Source: a virus
Strand: one strand, 5' to 3'
Length of the DNA: 64,000 nucleotides
Virus record (IMG/VR): IMGVR_UViG_3300025413_001393
Location: 61,103-125,102 of that record
Below, piece after piece: positions 8,381 to 19,145 of the stretch. The notes beneath the pieces were generated by a model, which worked only from the letters and a program-made list of their open reading frames with translations, made no database searches and had not been told where the DNA came from. Each line of letters begins with the position of its first letter. Position 1 is the first letter of the stretch. The translations under genes and the position numbers were made by a program.

Positions 8381-10930
8381 TTATGCTCCTAGCAACTCAA
8401 ACAAATCAGTCTGAACTTCTTTATTGAGATTAGGTGTAATCCAATCAATCGCTTCGTACAGACGTTCAACAGGCTGAGTAACAAGCTTTGCAAACATTTT
8501 ATCCCAATCAACTTGTAGATTGAATTCTTCTGGAAAAGCCACAGGATATGAAATTGCATCAAGGCCATAACTATTCTTTTTGCAATACAACTTTTTAACC
8601 TTTTGACCTGTACGAATTAATTCTAATTTTAAATCTAAGTTGTTTTTCTTAACTAAGATATTATACGCAATTGCTCCCTTAACATGAGATGGTGTTGCAT
8701 TTTGAAACTTAAACAACGAAGCTCCTTCAGCATACTTCTCTAAGTTATTAATAGACGAACGCAAGGCTACATCATCGGGACTGAGTTTACAAAATTCTTC
8801 ATAACTGTTACGATAAACTTCATTTGTAGTTTTTGGATTTTTTGTCAGCAAAGCTGTTTTTGTAATATTTTCAATAAACTTTTTTACTTTCTTAGGAGTT
8901 GTCGAACGGACAAGCTCTACACCGACAAATTTGAACTTATCCATCGGAATACCTTTATTGTCAAGAACTCGCAAAATATAACGCTTCTTCTGCAAAAAGA
9001 CACCAACATCTGCAATCGCTTCACGCTTGAAAACGTAACGAGGATCAATTGAAAATAATTCATTCTTAGCCCAGTTAAGAATTTCAGTATTAACTTCTTT
9101 GTCTATATCAGAAACGAGACTATAAACAACCGGATTAATCTTATCGCCTTCTAGAAGCTGAATACCTAGTTTGTCGAGCAAAGGCTGAATAGTAATGTAT
9201 ACAGAATCGGTGTCTTGATAAATTGTGCAAGACTTACCAGTAATGTCATACTTGGTTTTCAAATATTCGTCGATAATAGACGAACCAGCTTTTGCTACGT
9301 TTTGACCAGTAATAGTAATTGACATTGCATTGTCGATATCCATCAATGAAGAATGTTTATTAGCAAATGTTCCGTAGATTGAATTCAAATAAATTTTGAA
9401 TGTATATTGAAGAGTATCAAGATAAATCATTTTATCTTTTGTTTCCTTCGTAGGTGTTTTTTCTAATTCAAGTACGTGAAGTTGCTTTTGTATCTCAACA
9501 CGCTCTTTGTAAATTTCATTAATAAGATTTGGTATAACTCCCTTTGCTTTTTGAGAATACAAAACACCAGCTTTTGAAAGAGCAATCTTCTCTTGCTTCA
9601 TCATTTTCTTAAAATCTTCTACTTGTGTCGTGTGTGATTTACCGTTCACAAGTTTGATCGTAATCTCTTTATCTGTATCAATATCTCCTGTGACAATCTT
9701 ACCAATCTTAGTTTCAGGTGAGATGTTCAAAGTAATAATAGTATTAGGATACAGTGAATTTACGTCAAAGCTTGTAATAGCCGTTTGCAACCCACGTACA
9801 GGCTCTTTAACATAGCCTCCTTCATAAGACTCTCTATCTGCAGACGTACCGAATGTAGGAATAATATAACCTTGTTTGTGAGCTTGAATTGCAACAGCTC
9901 CTGTAACAATAGATACTTTTCCTAGTGCAGCTTCAAAGTTTGTGCAACCACGATACGCTAGCAATCTTACAATCTGCAAATACTTTAATTTGTGTTCTAG
10001 CTTTACGAGTAGATGAACGTCCTGAATGTTATAATCCACAAAGGTCTTCCAATCGGTTGACGCAAGTTCTCCAAGACTCGTTGCATTGTACGCAATCTTT
10101 CCTTCGTTTAATTCAATTTCCGAAATGTAATTCAGCGAATACGACTCACGCTCACCTACGGAAAACGTCTTGTAAATTTCAAGATAATCGATATGATTCA
10201 AACCGCACATAACCCACTTTGTAACTTCTTTACCAAATGTGCTCGTAAAGATTTTTCTGCTTGTTACTCTACCAACAGGCGAAAACTGCTGAATAAATTC
10301 TTCTCCAAACAACCGAATACAACGATTCATAATATATGGAATATCGAAACCTTCTGTATTCCAACCACTAACAATATCAGGATAGTCTGCTTTCCAAAAA
10401 TCTGCAAAGCGAATGAGTAAATCTTCTTCGTCTTTGCAACGATAATATATGCACTTGTCTAATGTGGGTGTGTACTGTTCAGTCAAACCCCAAGTATGAG
10501 TAGTTTGAGTGATAGTATCAAAAATTGTGATCAAATTAATTTGATCCTTTGCTTTTTCGGGAACTGGAAACTCTCCTACAGAGTAGGTTTCAATATCAAT
10601 AAAATATGTCTTGAGAGCAAATTTAGAAAATTCAGAATTGGTGTTGTGATCTTTATAGAGATCAATGAGAAACTGTTGCTCCGGTGATAGGTTATGAAAT
10701 AAGCGCTTGTTAGCAGTATTCTCAGTAAACCTTCTGCGATCAATACTATTCTTAAACGACTTTTTTACAAGCGAGGTTTTAAAAATAGAAGTACCATCCT
10801 TTGCACCTTCTTGCTCAATGTACAAGTATGGCCTAAAAGGAATTTCAGACGAAATTCTATCGCCATCTTCAGTCCACGTACTTAAAAAGATGCTTTCGTT
10901 AAAGGGATTATAATATACACTTCTATACAT
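8381..10930 (-). CDS. family B DNA polymerase (T4 gp43-like)
   Basis: ExoI DIETYS, ExoII GWNTEGFD, ExoIII YNIQD, motif A SFDVNSLYP, B KIYLNSIYG, C YQDTDS. Confidence 0.96.
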   Translation of the reverse strand: MYRSVYYNPFNESIFLSTWTEDGDRISSEIPFRPYLYIEQEGAKDGTSIFKTSLVKKSFKNSIDRRRFTENTANKRLFHNLSPEQQFLIDLYKDHNTNSEFSKFALKTYFIDIETYSVGEFPVPEKAKDQINLITIFDTITQTTHTWGLTEQYTPTLDKCIYYRCKDEEDLLIRFADFWKADYPDIVSGWNTEGFDIPYIMNRCIRLFGEEFIQQFSPVGRVTSRKIFTSTFGKEVTKWVMCGLNHIDYLEIYKTFSVGERESYSLNYISEIELNEGKIAYNATSLGELASTDWKTFVDYNIQDVHLLVKLEHKLKYLQIVRLLAYRGCTNFEAALGKVSIVTGAVAIQAHKQGYIIPTFGTSADRESYEGGYVKEPVRGLQTAITSFDVNSLYPNTIITLNISPETKIGKIVTGDIDTDKEITIKLVNGKSHTTQVEDFKKMMKQEKIALSKAGVLYSQKAKGVIPNLINEIYKERVEIQKQLHVLELEKTPTKETKDKMIYLDTLQYTFKIYLNSIYGTFANKHSSLMDIDNAMSITITGQNVAKAGSSIIDEYLKTKYDITGKSCTIYQDTDSVYITIQPLLDKLGIQLLEGDKINPVVYSLVSDIDKEVNTEILNWAKNELFSIDPRYVFKREAIADVGVFLQKKRYILRVLDNKGIPMDKFKFVGVELVRSTTPKKVKKFIENITKTALLTKNPKTTNEVYRNSYEEFCKLSPDDVALRSSINNLEKYAEGASLFKFQNATPSHVKGAIAYNILVKKNNLDLKLELIRTGQKVKKLYCKKNSYGLDAISYPVAFPEEFNLQVDWDKMFAKLVTQPVERLYEAIDWITPNLNKEVQTDLFELLGA

Positions 10931-10961
10931 AGAGAAGAGTATAAACCACTCTAGTGGACAA

Positions 10962-12182
10962 TCAAACTAAATATTTTCTGTTCGGATCTCCGTATTTTGT
11001 AAAATACGATTCGTGATGCTTCATTAAATTGGCATCATCATCTAGCCAAAACTTTTCAGCATGAGCACGAGCTTTTTTACAATGTTCCACGTAGTTATTT
11101 TGATTTTTTGTTACCAACTTTAAACAATCAATAAATTCTGCACCTGTAGAGTATTTTAGGAAAGCATCTTTGTACGTGGGCATATCTGGACACACACAAG
11201 GAAGACCAAGTGCCCCTGCTTCAATAAGTTTAATGTTGGACTTACAACGATTAAAATGGTTGTCCTGAAGAGCTGCAAAAGTTACCTGAGCTCCAGAATT
11301 AGCCATAGCTTCAGGAAAGTCAGGAAGAGGAGCCCAATTGAAGAATTTCATTTCCCCTCTATCAATAAATGATTTAAGAGGCAAAGGATGAGAGCCATAA
11401 AAATGCCAATTAAAATCAGTACGGGTTTTAATAATTTCGGGAACAACCTTTTCAAAGTCATCTTGCTGATTTACACGGTTGAGAACGTCGACGTGTGTAC
11501 CAGATGCAAAAATTGCAATGATAGGCTTCTTCTTATTCTTTTCAAACTTCTTTGTGAGATCTCCAAGATTATAGTAACGATCAAACCACCACTTCATTAG
11601 ATAGTTAGGCAATGTTGATACGTTTTTGTTACCAGTCTTATCAATCAAATAATCTCTAAAGTAGTCACACGTAACAGTAACTTCATCCATCATAGAAATA
11701 ATATCCATAATGTTTTGTCTAATTTCGGGCGACGTAAATGCTTCTCTGTTTCTGTTATAAAGAGGAATATCTTCACCAAAGACTACGTCATCAATTTCAT
11801 AAATTAATTTAAGCCTTTTATTTTGTTTTGATATCTCTTTGAGGACTTGAACAAATTGCTTTTGCTGAAGTGTTGCTTGTCTTTGGAATTTTACTGCCTC
11901 AACAGTCTCGTAAAAACGAGGATCTAAAATCATAGTCGTTGAGTCCATTACAACAGCTTTATTGTGCAAATTCAAAAGCAAATTAGGTCCAATACCTCTG
12001 TAAAAACCACAACCACCATAGTCGGCCAAATAGCATATTGCTCTCTTAAGATCCTGGCCAGGAATTTCAATTGGTGGAATTACAGGACCTGGTTTAGCAA
12101 AATTATGCGAAGCTAAGCCGTGCGGAAGACCATGTGGAGCTCCGATGATATTTTGTAAGCCAAAATTAGATACCGTATACAT
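10962..12182 (-). CDS. GT-B fold glycosyltransferase (GT4-like)
   Basis: GGCGFYR N-terminus, YEIDD, FN..KSNIKLIEAGALGLP donor-binding motif. Confidence 0.7.
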   Translation of the reverse strand: MYTVSNFGLQNIIGAPHGLPHGLASHNFAKPGPVIPPIEIPGQDLKRAICYLADYGGCGFYRGIGPNLLLNLHNKAVVMDSTTMILDPRFYETVEAVKFQRQATLQQKQFVQVLKEISKQNKRLKLIYEIDDVVFGEDIPLYNRNREAFTSPEIRQNIMDIISMMDEVTVTCDYFRDYLIDKTGNKNVSTLPNYLMKWWFDRYYNLGDLTKKFEKNKKKPIIAIFASGTHVDVLNRVNQQDDFEKVVPEIIKTRTDFNWHFYGSHPLPLKSFIDRGEMKFFNWAPLPDFPEAMANSGAQVTFAALQDNHFNRCKSNIKLIEAGALGLPCVCPDMPTYKDAFLKYSTGAEFIDCLKLVTKNQNNYVEHCKKARAHAEKFWLDDDANLMKHHESYFTKYGDPNRKYLV

Positions 12183-12216
12183 ATTATTACCTATTGTGCT
12201 ATGTTGTTGTAGTCTA

Positions 12217-14010
12217 CTACTTGATTAATGAAATACCGTTTTGTTTTACTACATGAATAGTATGTTCAGCCTTAGCAGTCACTTCTACACCTCTATGCGT
12301 AATAATATAACACGATTCATTATTTTCGTTATACCTTTCACGCAATGCTTTTAACGTCAAGTATACTCCCTTGTCGTCCAATGAAGAATCGAGCAATTCA
12401 TCATAAAACACCGTACTGAAGATAACATCTCCTTGTAAGCGACGAATATCTGCAAATGCAAACAGACAAGCTAAGTCAATACGCTTACGTTCTCCACCAG
12501 AAAAATTAAAATACGACTTAGGCTGAGAACTCTCATCTATAATCTCTTCATCAAAGAATTCATTAAATTGACAAAGACAATTGGCTTCAAGTTTTTTAAG
12601 ATAGTATGCAAGTCTAGAATTCAAGACCTTAAGAATCTTTTTTACAATAAACGATTTAATACCTTCTTCGGAAATTACAAATTTTACCGTTTCTAAAATA
12701 TTAAGATCATTATTGAGTTTGTTAACTTTTTCTGTAGATTCTTGAACGCTTGTAGTAAGTGTTGTAATCTTACCTTTCAAATCGTTATTTTGCTCTCTAC
12801 TAATATTTGTAATTTCGGTTTCAGTGTCGACCAAATTAGTCTCTAAATGTGAAATACTCAATTTAGTACTATCGTTTTCAACTTGCTGTTTTGTTAATGT
12901 TGTTTTCTCCGATCTAAGCAAAACCGTTTTAGCTTTTAGATCGTTGATTGCAATTATTTCAAGTTCTATAAGACCATTAATTTTGTCTATAGCTTTTTTG
13001 TACGCAGCAATATTATTTTCGTGTTGTGATATTAATTCTTTAATATGCTGCACATGCTCTTCGGAATAATCTCTTTTGCAAGTTGGACAGGCATCTTTTG
13101 TAGTTTGAAGTTGTTTAATTTGTTTAGTTTCTAAAGTAACTTCGGCCTCTACTTTATGCAATTTAGACGCAAGACCACTTTTTGTCTGTTCACGTATAGA
13201 TATTTCATTTTCAATTTCAACTATTTGATCATCCAAAACTGACACGCTAACAGAATTTAAATCAACTAACTTTAGTTTAAGTGTATTGATATCAATTACC
13301 AGCTTATCTCTCTTTTCAGTTTGTCTAGCAATACGTTCTTGCTTTGATGATTCATAGTTTTCAAGCTGTTGAGTATTAAATTGCAACTCCTTTTCGAGAC
13401 TTTCAAATTTAACATATTCTACATCGTAATCCTTTTTAAGAATATTATAATCATCTCTCGCTTTTAAGACCATTGCAGTAAAAACCTCGAGTCCGAGAAC
13501 ACTTTCGATAAATTTTCTTTTATCGGTCTTAGGCAATGCCATAAAAGGTGTTGCACTATTGACAGACATAATTACAGAATTTTGAAATACAGTAGCAGGA
13601 GTATGTATTAATTCTTGTATATAAGCATTAGTTTTAGCTAAAGTTGACCTCGTTACATTCTCTCCGTTTTTTGTTAAAATGCACTTTGTTGGATTTAACT
13701 TTCTTGTAATAACGTATGTATCTGTAGCATTGTTGGACGTAATATCCAATGACAACGAAACCTCACACGTTTTTTTAGTTAAAGTATTGCCAATAAAATC
13801 TTTACCAAGTTCTCTAAGAGTAGTGCCATACAAAGCATAGTACAAAGCATCGCATATAGTACTCTTGCCACAACCGTTTTTTGAGTCTTCTTTGTCTAGA
13901 TTAGTTCCAATAATGGCATTTACACCATTTTTAAAATTTACATTAATTGGAGTGTCTCCAAACGACAAAAAGTTTTTTAGTTCAATAGATTTAAAAGTAA
14001 TAAACCGCAT
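12217..14010 (-). CDS. recombination nuclease ATPase subunit (T4 gp46, Rad50/SbcC-like)
   Basis: NFLSFG, NGCGKST, coiled coil with CPTC hook, FSGGE, FYDE..D, IITH. Confidence 0.93.
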   Translation of the reverse strand: MRFITFKSIELKNFLSFGDTPINVNFKNGVNAIIGTNLDKEDSKNGCGKSTICDALYYALYGTTLRELGKDFIGNTLTKKTCEVSLSLDITSNNATDTYVITRKLNPTKCILTKNGENVTRSTLAKTNAYIQELIHTPATVFQNSVIMSVNSATPFMALPKTDKRKFIESVLGLEVFTAMVLKARDDYNILKKDYDVEYVKFESLEKELQFNTQQLENYESSKQERIARQTEKRDKLVIDINTLKLKLVDLNSVSVSVLDDQIVEIENEISIREQTKSGLASKLHKVEAEVTLETKQIKQLQTTKDACPTCKRDYSEEHVQHIKELISQHENNIAAYKKAIDKINGLIELEIIAINDLKAKTVLLRSEKTTLTKQQVENDSTKLSISHLETNLVDTETEITNISREQNNDLKGKITTLTTSVQESTEKVNKLNNDLNILETVKFVISEEGIKSFIVKKILKVLNSRLAYYLKKLEANCLCQFNEFFDEEIIDESSQPKSYFNFSGGERKRIDLACLFAFADIRRLQGDVIFSTVFYDELLDSSLDDKGVYLTLKALRERYNENNESCYIITHRGVEVTAKAEHTIHVVKQNGISLIK

Positions 14011-14042
14011 TACTATAAAGATAGCTCAAACAAAATTAAAAT

Positions 14043-14666
14043 CTACGCTCGATTTAACCATATACTGTCAGACTGTATAGTCTCATTACAAATATACTCA
14101 AAATACACCATTTCGAAGTTGAAAGATTTTAATAAGTGCTCCACATCCAAAAACAATTTTTGGTTTTTCCATATTTCTTTGTGCTCACACTCAATATGCA
14201 TTGATCTAATGCTTTTAATTTTATTCTCAAAACTCTCAATAACTTCATATGTTAACCCTTCTACATCAATTTTACACAAATCGATATAATCTAAATTAAT
14301 TTGTTTGAGAAGTTGTTTACCTGTTATTGTATTTACAGTTATTTTTTCGGTTGTTATATTATTATAAAAGCCGTCAACTCTATCCAAAATAGAACTCACC
14401 CCAATATACTCTTCATCTTTGACGCAGTTAAAACTAAATGAGGAGTTTGTATTAGAAATTGCTGACTCAACTAAATTAAAATGCGGATAAATTTCTTTAA
14501 TTTTTTTAATTTGAGACGGATTTGGTTCAACTAACCAAACATTCTCATCAGATATGTTGAAATATTTTTTTAGTGTATTGCTGTCATGTCCATCTCTAGA
14601 ACCTATTTCTAATATAGATTTTGGTTTAAGGTTAGCACTTAAAATGGCGTTTATATATTCATTCAT
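14043..14666 (-). CDS. FkbM-family SAM-dependent methyltransferase
   Basis: ILEIGSRDG, VEPNP, AIS, LCKIDVEG motifs. Confidence 0.85.
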   Translation of the reverse strand: MNEYINAILSANLKPKSILEIGSRDGHDSNTLKKYFNISDENVWLVEPNPSQIKKIKEIYPHFNLVESAISNTNSSFSFNCVKDEEYIGVSSILDRVDGFYNNITTEKITVNTITGKQLLKQINLDYIDLCKIDVEGLTYEVIESFENKIKSIRSMHIECEHKEIWKNQKLFLDVEHLLKSFNFEMVYFEYICNETIQSDSIWLNRA

Positions 14667-15355
14667 TGTTCAAAAAGTTCTTTTAGTTTTTTGACATCTT
14701 TGTCTCGATGCGTTGATCTACATCTTATGTGATATAAATGTTCAGGGGATATATAGTCTACTTCTTCATTACCAATTTGATACAAAGGTTCAACGTCCGT
14801 AAAACTAAGTCTTGTTGCTGTTTCGTTAATAGGAATATCAAAATTTTTCATAAACAGACCAAGAGCTACATCATCAATAAGATTGTGTTCCCACATTGTT
14901 TTATTTTTTACAATTAATTCTACTAAATCTTTTGACAAAAAATATCCACTACCGGAAGCAAATTTTATTAAATTACAAAACGTTCCAATTATTCCACAAT
15001 AAAATTTTGTGGAAGGTTTTGTACTGACAAAGTTTATTAATTTATTTGTATCAACAAAAGAACCCATATTACATCTAAAAATATAATTAAAATTGTACAT
15101 TTGAAGAGCCCATTCAAATGCCATAATCGTTTTTACACCAATATTATGCATACCATCGTTACACGGAAGTATTAGTTCTTCGTCACTTAAAATAGGGTAG
15201 TTAGATTTGTTGATTTGTTTTTCGTTATCAGTATAAAACAATATTTCTACATCTTTATGCTTTCGAGTGTACCACGTTTGTTTAATTGTGTTGTGCAGTT
15301 CCCTATATTCGGAATTAGATGAACCTAATATAAAAACTAATATTTTTTTAGTCAT
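14663..15355 (-). CDS. glycosyltransferase, GT31/galactosyltransferase-like
   Basis: KT..AFEW, FASGSGYFLSKDLV, IDDVALG motifs. Confidence 0.7.
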   Translation of the reverse strand: MTKKILVFILGSSNSEYRELHNTIKQTWYTRKHKDVEILFYTDNEKQINKSNYPILSDEELILPCNDGMHNIGVKTIMAFEWALQMYNFNYIFRCNMGSFVDTNKLINFVSTKPSTKFYCGIIGTFCNLIKFASGSGYFLSKDLVELIVKNKTMWEHNLIDDVALGLFMKNFDIPINETATRLSFTDVEPLYQIGNEEVDYISPEHLYHIRCRSTHRDKDVKKLKELFEQ

Positions 15356-15357
15356 AG

Positions 15358-16098
15358 TTAGTATAGATACGATACGAGTGTATCAAGTTCATTTTTGTAC
15401 GTGGCATACGGTCTCAACATATGGCAGTCAATGTAGTGCTGAGACTTAATAAGGTGCGGATTGTAATTCCAACAAATTCTATCAATTCTGCAATTAGCAG
15501 GTCCAGTAGGCAACCAACCACGTCCCAGTAACTCAATTGTGTTTGGATTCGTTTGTTTAAATTCGTTTATTTTTTGAAAAAGTATTTTTTGATCCGAACT
15601 CCAACCAAAATTTAACGAATTTACATACTCTACAAATTCTTTCCAAGTAATATTAATGTTTAATATTTTTCTAAACAAATCAGAATGACCAAAGTTGTAG
15701 CATATTGGATATTCGGAATTTGATAAACATTCTTTATGATCTGAACTAAAAACATAAAATTTATCCATAGACAATTGTTTTATATTTTCAATAAAATAAT
15801 TTTTAGACATTGGAAGCATATCAATATCAGTTAAAAGAATATTACCTTCAAGATGATTCGGTAAAAATAATCTAACAATTTGTGATTGTAATCCGGTATT
15901 GATACCATCTACACGTTTAAATTTTTTTATTAAACCGTATTCGTCTTCAAAAAAATCAGAGTCTTCATCTCCTATTAAACCAAGCACAGGAGTTATGTTA
16001 AAAACTGTTTTCCAAACTTTTGATACTAAAGGCCAAAAATCAATATACATCGGATTAGTATCAGAACCCATTATTGCATATTCAATTTTAGTGTTCAT
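15358..16098 (-). CDS. putative GT-A glycosyltransferase
   Basis: QSQIVRL, LLTDIDMLP (DxD), within GT cluster. Confidence 0.55.
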   Translation of the reverse strand: MNTKIEYAIMGSDTNPMYIDFWPLVSKVWKTVFNITPVLGLIGDEDSDFFEDEYGLIKKFKRVDGINTGLQSQIVRLFLPNHLEGNILLTDIDMLPMSKNYFIENIKQLSMDKFYVFSSDHKECLSNSEYPICYNFGHSDLFRKILNINITWKEFVEYVNSLNFGWSSDQKILFQKINEFKQTNPNTIELLGRGWLPTGPANCRIDRICWNYNPHLIKSQHYIDCHMLRPYATYKNELDTLVSYLY

Positions 16099-16730
16099 TG
16101 TTCCGGTTGATTGTCAAAATATACTTGGCCCACAAAAGTTGCTCCCTTTTCCAAAGGTTTGTGAGGTGGAAACGGTTTTTTTTCCATAAAAGGATCATGA
16201 ACAACGCTATTATGTCGAATTATAGGATATACAGCGTTTGCAAGAAAATACTGATCACAGCAGTAACTATCGTAATCGTTCCAATGAGATAACAAAGAGT
16301 TCATACTAAACACATTTGCTGTACCACCCCACATTCCTGCTTGTATAGGAAAATTATGATTAGGATGATCTCTCATAATATGAAATTGTTTATCTGATGA
16401 TAACCATTCATCTACAGCAGCACGCTCTCTCCAATTTATTCTTGAATCTAAATCTCTAACTATATACTTGTCAACATTTGAGTCATCGTTAACAAAAAAT
16501 CTCCAATATGCCCCATAGCACTTGCCTCTTTTGTCTAATACTTTTCTGATATCGACGTCGTAAGTTTCATGTATGCTTTTTAAAAACTCTAGTGAAACAG
16601 TTTCATCTACGTATAAACGAACTTTCCATTCCGGATATATCGTTAATGCAGCTTTTAAATTACCAGCAACGCCGTCTGTATATTTAGGATTGTTACCCCA
16701 AAGACTAAAAGATATTACGTTATTTTTCAT
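16095..16730 (-). CDS. putative GT-A glycosyltransferase (SFSLWG/RDxD family)
   Basis: ISFSLWG..PKY, YWRF, IVRDLDSR, IMRDHP.H, AGMWG. Confidence 0.55.
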   Translation of the reverse strand: MKNNVISFSLWGNNPKYTDGVAGNLKAALTIYPEWKVRLYVDETVSLEFLKSIHETYDVDIRKVLDKRGKCYGAYWRFFVNDDSNVDKYIVRDLDSRINWRERAAVDEWLSSDKQFHIMRDHPNHNFPIQAGMWGGTANVFSMNSLLSHWNDYDSYCCDQYFLANAVYPIIRHNSVVHDPFMEKKPFPPHKPLEKGATFVGQVYFDNQPEQ

Positions 16731-17570
16731 TTACATTAATTTTATTAATTTTGTTGCCAAAAAATCATCTGATGATGTATATTGTTTAGCCAAATTAAAA
16801 TTTTCTTCAACTGCTTTTAATTTTTGTTCGTAAACGCTTCTGGATAATTTTATCTTTAACAAATCTTCATACGAATTAAAGAGTATAAAACCATCAGTAT
16901 TAAAATACTCTTTAATATTCGGAGGCCCCCAGTAAATTGGGATACAACCAGACAACAAACAATCTATTAATTTTTCAGTAAAATAATGAGTCATTTGTAT
17001 ATTTTCAATAACAATACTAAACATATAAGTTTTAAAAGCTTCAATTTTGTTTTGTAGAAACCCATTTTGTGTTCCCCACCCATACCCATCAATACCTACG
17101 CAATTATTGTATATCTGATGTCTTAAAATATGTCCTTTATATTGTTGTTTACCAGATAAAATTATGGAACAATTTTTATTTTTTTCACCCTTGTATAAGT
17201 TGTATTCATCATCTTTAATATATGTGCCACCTGGACTGTTTGGAATAAATTTTTTTGGATTTAATGCAATTAGGTCGTTTCTATATGTTAAAATATAATC
17301 AAATTTGTGAGCAACCTTATCAATATTATTATGTACCAAAGGCTGTACTGCTGGAGATTCGAGACACCATGCAATTTTTAATTTACTTTTAACTTTATCT
17401 ACTTCTTCTCCAAGAATAAATTCATCTGTAAATAAAGTTATGCCTTCATAGTCATTTTGTCTTTGTACAAACTGAATGTTTTTTGGTTTTTTGTTTGCTG
17501 TTGATGTCCAATAACCATCTTCTCTGAGATGATGTTGACAAGTGTTATCAAATATGTTTACCGTTACCAT
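16731..17570 (-). CDS. GT10 (alpha-1,3-fucosyltransferase-like) glycosyltransferase
   Basis: YMFSIVIEN..HYFTEKLIDCLLSGCIPIYWG = GT10 signature. Confidence 0.85.
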   Translation of the reverse strand: MVTVNIFDNTCQHHLREDGYWTSTANKKPKNIQFVQRQNDYEGITLFTDEFILGEEVDKVKSKLKIAWCLESPAVQPLVHNNIDKVAHKFDYILTYRNDLIALNPKKFIPNSPGGTYIKDDEYNLYKGEKNKNCSIILSGKQQYKGHILRHQIYNNCVGIDGYGWGTQNGFLQNKIEAFKTYMFSIVIENIQMTHYFTEKLIDCLLSGCIPIYWGPPNIKEYFNTDGFILFNSYEDLLKIKLSRSVYEQKLKAVEENFNLAKQYTSSDDFLATKLIKLM

Positions 17571-18307
17571 GTTTTAATATAGGATTGAAGTTGATCAATT
17601 GGCATTAAGTCAATTTTTTGCAATTCGTTTATATTATGACCATTATAGATATTGTGATCATATGTAGTTTCTCCTCTAAAGTGAGTCAAATGAAGTATAG
17701 GAGAATTAGTTCTATATTTTTTATAACCTAGCTTTGTATATCTAACATTAATTTCATCATCGTCATACCCAACATTTTTTATATGAGGGTTGAACCCACC
17801 TGCTTCAATAAAACAATCCCTATTAAACATAACACATCCTCCAACTGATCTTTGTGATAATAAATTACAATCCTTTAAATTGATTTCCTTAATTGTGTTA
17901 TTTTGTATCTGTTCAACTAGGTTTAGCGGTATATCATAAAAATAACCGTTATAGGGATAAGCAAATCCGTATCCTGTTAATAATTTTTCGGATGCTTCAA
18001 GCAAATTACTCTTAGTTACTAAAACATCTACATCATACAAACAGACAATTTTATTTTTAGAAAAACGTTTAAACAATTCGTTACCAGATAACATTTTATT
18101 ATAAAAATGCTCATCAGTTATATCTTTGCAAATGTATTGGGAATTTAAAAAGGTTACCTTTTGAGTATGTTTGTAATGTTCATTTACAAACACATTTTTG
18201 GCTCCATTACGTTTTAAATAATCAATAGTTATAGTAAGATTTCTTACTCTGTCAGAATGATCTGCGTAGATAGGAATTAAGAAATCTATATCGTCGAGTG
18301 TTATCAT
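17564..18307 (-). CDS. GT2/GT7-type glycosyltransferase
   Basis: YDVD (DxD), GGCVMFNR..F.EAGGFN...GYDDDE (GT7 C-terminal motif). Confidence 0.8.
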   Translation of the reverse strand: MITLDDIDFLIPIYADHSDRVRNLTITIDYLKRNGAKNVFVNEHYKHTQKVTFLNSQYICKDITDEHFYNKMLSGNELFKRFSKNKIVCLYDVDVLVTKSNLLEASEKLLTGYGFAYPYNGYFYDIPLNLVEQIQNNTIKEINLKDCNLLSQRSVGGCVMFNRDCFIEAGGFNPHIKNVGYDDDEINVRYTKLGYKKYRTNSPILHLTHFRGETTYDHNIYNGHNINELQKIDLMPIDQLQSYIKTW

Positions 18308-18308
18308 A

Positions 18309-19145
18309 TTATGGTTTAATAGTTTTAAGAAATTTTATTACTTGCTCTTGAGGTACGTTTATCGTATTGCTTGGATAACAACCATTTTTACGTTTATACA
18401 ATTCTGCATTAGTTTGCACGTTTTGTAACCATTCAGTTGTATTTTTTGATGTTGTACTATTTTGAATGGCATCTTTCTGCGATGAAATATAATTTATACT
18501 ATTATCAATGTCAGCAAACCACCAAAACGGAGGATGATAACCAGCTTTAATAATTCTGTTAGTATGATCTACGTGTTCCCAAGCATTTTTATAATCCTCG
18601 TCGATAAATCCAACCTTATCCAACACTTCTTTAGTAAAAAACGAAAACATACCTGTTATATGCGTATATAAAGCTATTTTGCAATCGTTGTAATCAAAAA
18701 TTATTCTTGGATTAGGTTTTGAATTTTCTTTTAATTCGTGTCTGTTATGCAAATCAAAATTTTGAATTGTTTGCTTTCGGTTAAAAGGAGAACCAGGTCC
18801 AAAGTTAAAATGTTGAATACCAGTCTTTTTGCTTACATTGATATACTGTTTAAAAACCGTTTGGTCGAGAATGATCATATCATCTTCAATCAAAAATATA
18901 TAATCACAATCTTGTTCTAACAAATATTTTAATGCTTCATTCTTTGCTTTACCAACTCCAATTTTTCCTGTTGTATGCTTAATAAAATCTACATTAGGAT
19001 GAGTGTGAATTGTTTTTTTAAAACCGTCATCCACTACAACAATTTTATCAATAACTGCAATATTTTTGTCAATGGAGTCTAATAAAGTATTAAGATAATC
19101 TTCTCGTTCGCACGTAATAATGCCTATACCAATTTTATTATTCAT
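18309..19145 (-). CDS. GT2 family glycosyltransferase
   Basis: IGIITCER, VVVDDG, GVGKAKN, IFLIEDD, VGFIDE...WEHVD. Confidence 0.85.
   Translation of the reverse strand: MNNKIGIGIITCEREDYLNTLLDSIDKNIAVIDKIVVVDDGFKKTIHTHPNVDFIKHTTGKIGVGKAKNEALKYLLEQDCDYIFLIEDDMIILDQTVFKQYINVSKKTGIQHFNFGPGSPFNRKQTIQNFDLHNRHELKENSKPNPRIIFDYNDCKIALYTHITGMFSFFTKEVLDKVGFIDEDYKNAWEHVDHTNRIIKAGYHPPFWWFADIDNSINYISSQKDAIQNSTTSKNTTEWLQNVQTNAELYKRKNGCYPSNTINVPQEQVIKFLKTIKP

Noticed and set aside
9190-9225. Polymerase motif C reads YQDTDS instead of YGDTDS
   Set aside because: That position varies among family B polymerases and the catalytic DTD is intact; no adaptation to modified bases can be claimed
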